A DNA stretch of 64,000 bases, taken from positions 2,018,244 through 2,082,243 of the forward strand of contig MU058252.1 in NCBI GenBank assembly GCA_013265495.1. The letters run 5' to 3'. The position numbers were made by a program, and so were the translations under genes. Below, in pieces: positions 61,845-64,000 of the stretch. The notes below the pieces were generated by a model that made no database searches, had not been told where the DNA came from, and saw only the letters and a list, made by a program, of their open reading frames with translations. The DNA comes from Vicugna vicugna (taxonomy: Eukaryota). The stretch's first letter is position 1; the number at the start of each line of letters is the position of its first letter.

Positions 61845-62260
61845 TGTGTCTTAGTTTGGGGCCCCCTAGAAATAGACTCTAAATCAAGGCTTATCATGCA
61901 CAAGTAGTTAAATTGGAAGGTGATTCCAGAAACACCACTAGGAGAGTGGGGACTTGGGGTGTATTGGCCCCATTCATCAAGAAACAGACTCCACGTTGGT
62001 AGTAAACATGAAAAACCTTCATTAGGGAAAAGACCTAAGTGAAGGAAAGTGGAGAGGGTGCCCTGGGAGCGACCAGACCACAGCGCGAGTCTGACCCAGT
62101 GAGGAGTGAGGGAGAGAAGCCTGGGTGCTTTTTAGGGTCTAAGGATGTTATTGGGGAGCTTTTGAATGAAAGCTACCCATCAGCGAGGTCCCCCATCTTC
62201 CAAGAGATGTGACTACCCCGCCACACCCTGTCACTGGCTAGGAGAGGGGGGCTTGACATC
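61845..62260. mobile_element. Ancient ERVL-class LTR fragments (probably two, nested or adjacent)
   Basis: tgtgtcttagtttggggccccctagaaatagactct...caagtagtt...ggtgattccagaaacaccactaggagagtgggga, then cagaccacagcgcgagtctgaccc... Confidence 0.5.
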
Positions 62261-64000
62261 ACCAAATGCCCCGATGGGTTCCTCAGCTCCCGGGCGCTGG
62301 AGATCGGCCAGGGCTTTCTCGAGGCTCCCACCGCTGTAGGCAGGACGCCACAGGGCTTCGACATGGGCACTGGGAACTTCGGGAGATGGACTTATCTCAT
62401 CCTAGCTTGAGGGCTGGGGCATTCACCTGCCACGCCCCACTGCTGAGTGAGTTACGATTGCCGGCAGGGGCACCGTCCAGCCCACCACACACCAAGCAGA
62501 GTGCCAAGAAAGCCCTTGGACAATCAATACAGGCACTGACAATTGGAAGTCGAGCTGTGAGGGACAGAAATGGCCAAGAGGCTACGGGCAGGATGCCCAC
62601 CAAACCCGTGTCACTGCTGGGGGAGATCCAGCAGCCCCACCCCGGAGCCCTCCCTCCAGCATCTGGCCACTGCGGAGGACCTTCTAAAGACGGAGCACAG
62701 TCAGCACCTGCTATGTGTGGAAGTTTTAGCAAAGCAAAGATACCATGGACTTCACCTCCCCCTCGGCGCTGCTGACTTGTGCAACGAGATCCAGAAATCC
62801 TGGGACAGGTGACTTTATTTGCAGCCAAGGAGTGTCTTTAGTCCCATCACCACTCACCACGAGATTTTAATAGCTCTCCTTCTTTCTTTATGAAATACAC
62901 TGAGAGGACTATTTAAAAGTTAAATAACCAGGCTGTCAGGTGGGAAGACCCAAGAGATCTGAAGCAAGGAAACAAGGTGCAGGACAGTTAAGTGTCGAAC
63001 AAGAACAGAGCCAGCACTGCAATAAGCCCCAGCGAGCCAGCGGAGCCAGAGCCAGCGTGTGACCCACACTAGGGACGGGTAACAGGTATTATGATGTGAG
63101 CCTCTCCCTGAAGAACAGACCCTGGAGAAGAGGGCGTTTACCGTAGACTTCTAACCGGTGGTCACTGTTTGCAAAAAGCAAACTTGGACTAACCCCCAGT
63201 TGGCTGGGTTATACAATTGACTGGTTTTTAACAATGGCTGAAAATGGCAAAGCAATCAAGATGACAAGTTCTCCTGGATTGTTGCTTAAGGAGTCTGCGA
63301 TGTATATGCAAACATGAACATCCTTCCCAGCTCCTAGGAGGAGAGAGCTTTCACGCTACATGCCTAGGGCTGCTGGAAATGTTCTCAGTGGATGACAGAA
63401 ACTAGGAGCATTCCAGAAGCATCCCAGATGCCCAAGTGACAGCTATGTGCTTGGTGTGAGCGTGCTGCAGAGACAGCAGCTCCACAGAGCGCCCACTGAA
63501 CGCTCGGTAGGTGTCCAGTAACCACTGATGAACATTGATGCTAAACTAATTGCGGGGGCAGTAGGTGTTCGCTATAGGAAAACTTCCTCTACCCTGAGTG
63601 TGTTGTTCTCAGCCTGCTCCTAGACTGGTGAGAAAGAATGACTCCCAGTAAATCAATTCTCTGTTCTCTCAGACCCAGCGCTGATGGTAAGACAGCCAGC
63701 GTGGAGTCACCATGAGAACTGTCCCTGATCTTTGCCTCTGCTTGCCTCTGCTGGGAAGGCTGGATGCCAGTTCGCATCGCAGGTGGCTCACCTAAAACTA
63801 CCCCACTTCTCTGAAAGAGATTATGATGGATAGAGATTTCAATCAATAAAAATGCAAAGCACCAAGTGCAGCTTCAGTTTTGGTTGCTGTTCTGCAGGCT
63901 GCTGGCTTAGCACGGCGTGGAGCGTGAACACAGGAAGACGGGTCGGTAAACTCCAGCAGTCTCACCGTCAGAAACATGGAGTGGCCACCAAAATTCGATT

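Noticed and set aside
1..64000. ORF-track entries (60-192 aa) as protein-coding genes
   Set aside because: No recognisable domains except L1 ORF2p remnants. They overlap in several frames, many lie in repeats or microsatellites, and no consistent exon chain was found.
1..64000. Repeat orientation bias indicating a host gene strand
   Set aside because: Younger L1s and solo LTRs occur on both strands. Three minus-strand SINEs are too few to infer anything.

Overview
Mammalian non-coding genomic DNA, most likely from a camelid (camel/alpaca/llama). The evidence is three tRNA-derived SINEs of the camelid Vic-1 type plus cetartiodactyl-type L1 3' ends, with no Alu, Bov-B/BovA2, PRE-1 or B1/B2 elements seen. 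I cannot support any protein-coding gene. The ORFs in the track are short, and the only recognisable peptides are degenerate L1 ORF2p C-terminal pieces. The window is a mosaic of interspersed repeats: 5'-truncated L1s with TSDs, old L1M, L2, MIR, five solo ERV LTRs (three with exact 4-bp TSDs), MaLR/ERVL LTR remnants, and Tigger2, MER82 and MER58A DNA transposons. It also has microsatellites, short CpG-rich patches and several enhancer-like unique blocks. The most unusual structure is at about 23.57-23.82 kb, an apparently recent complex templated insertion. There, 74 bp copied exactly from an old L1 2.26 kb upstream is joined by a 4-bp microhomology to a perfect 36-bp fold-back inverted repeat. 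Other notable signals are two smaller template-switch-like scars, focal AT-to-GC substitution clusters inside repeats (candidate GC-biased gene conversion footprints) and a twin-primed inverted L1. Repeat subfamily names come from recalled consensus sequences, not from a search, and boundaries without TSD support are approximate.
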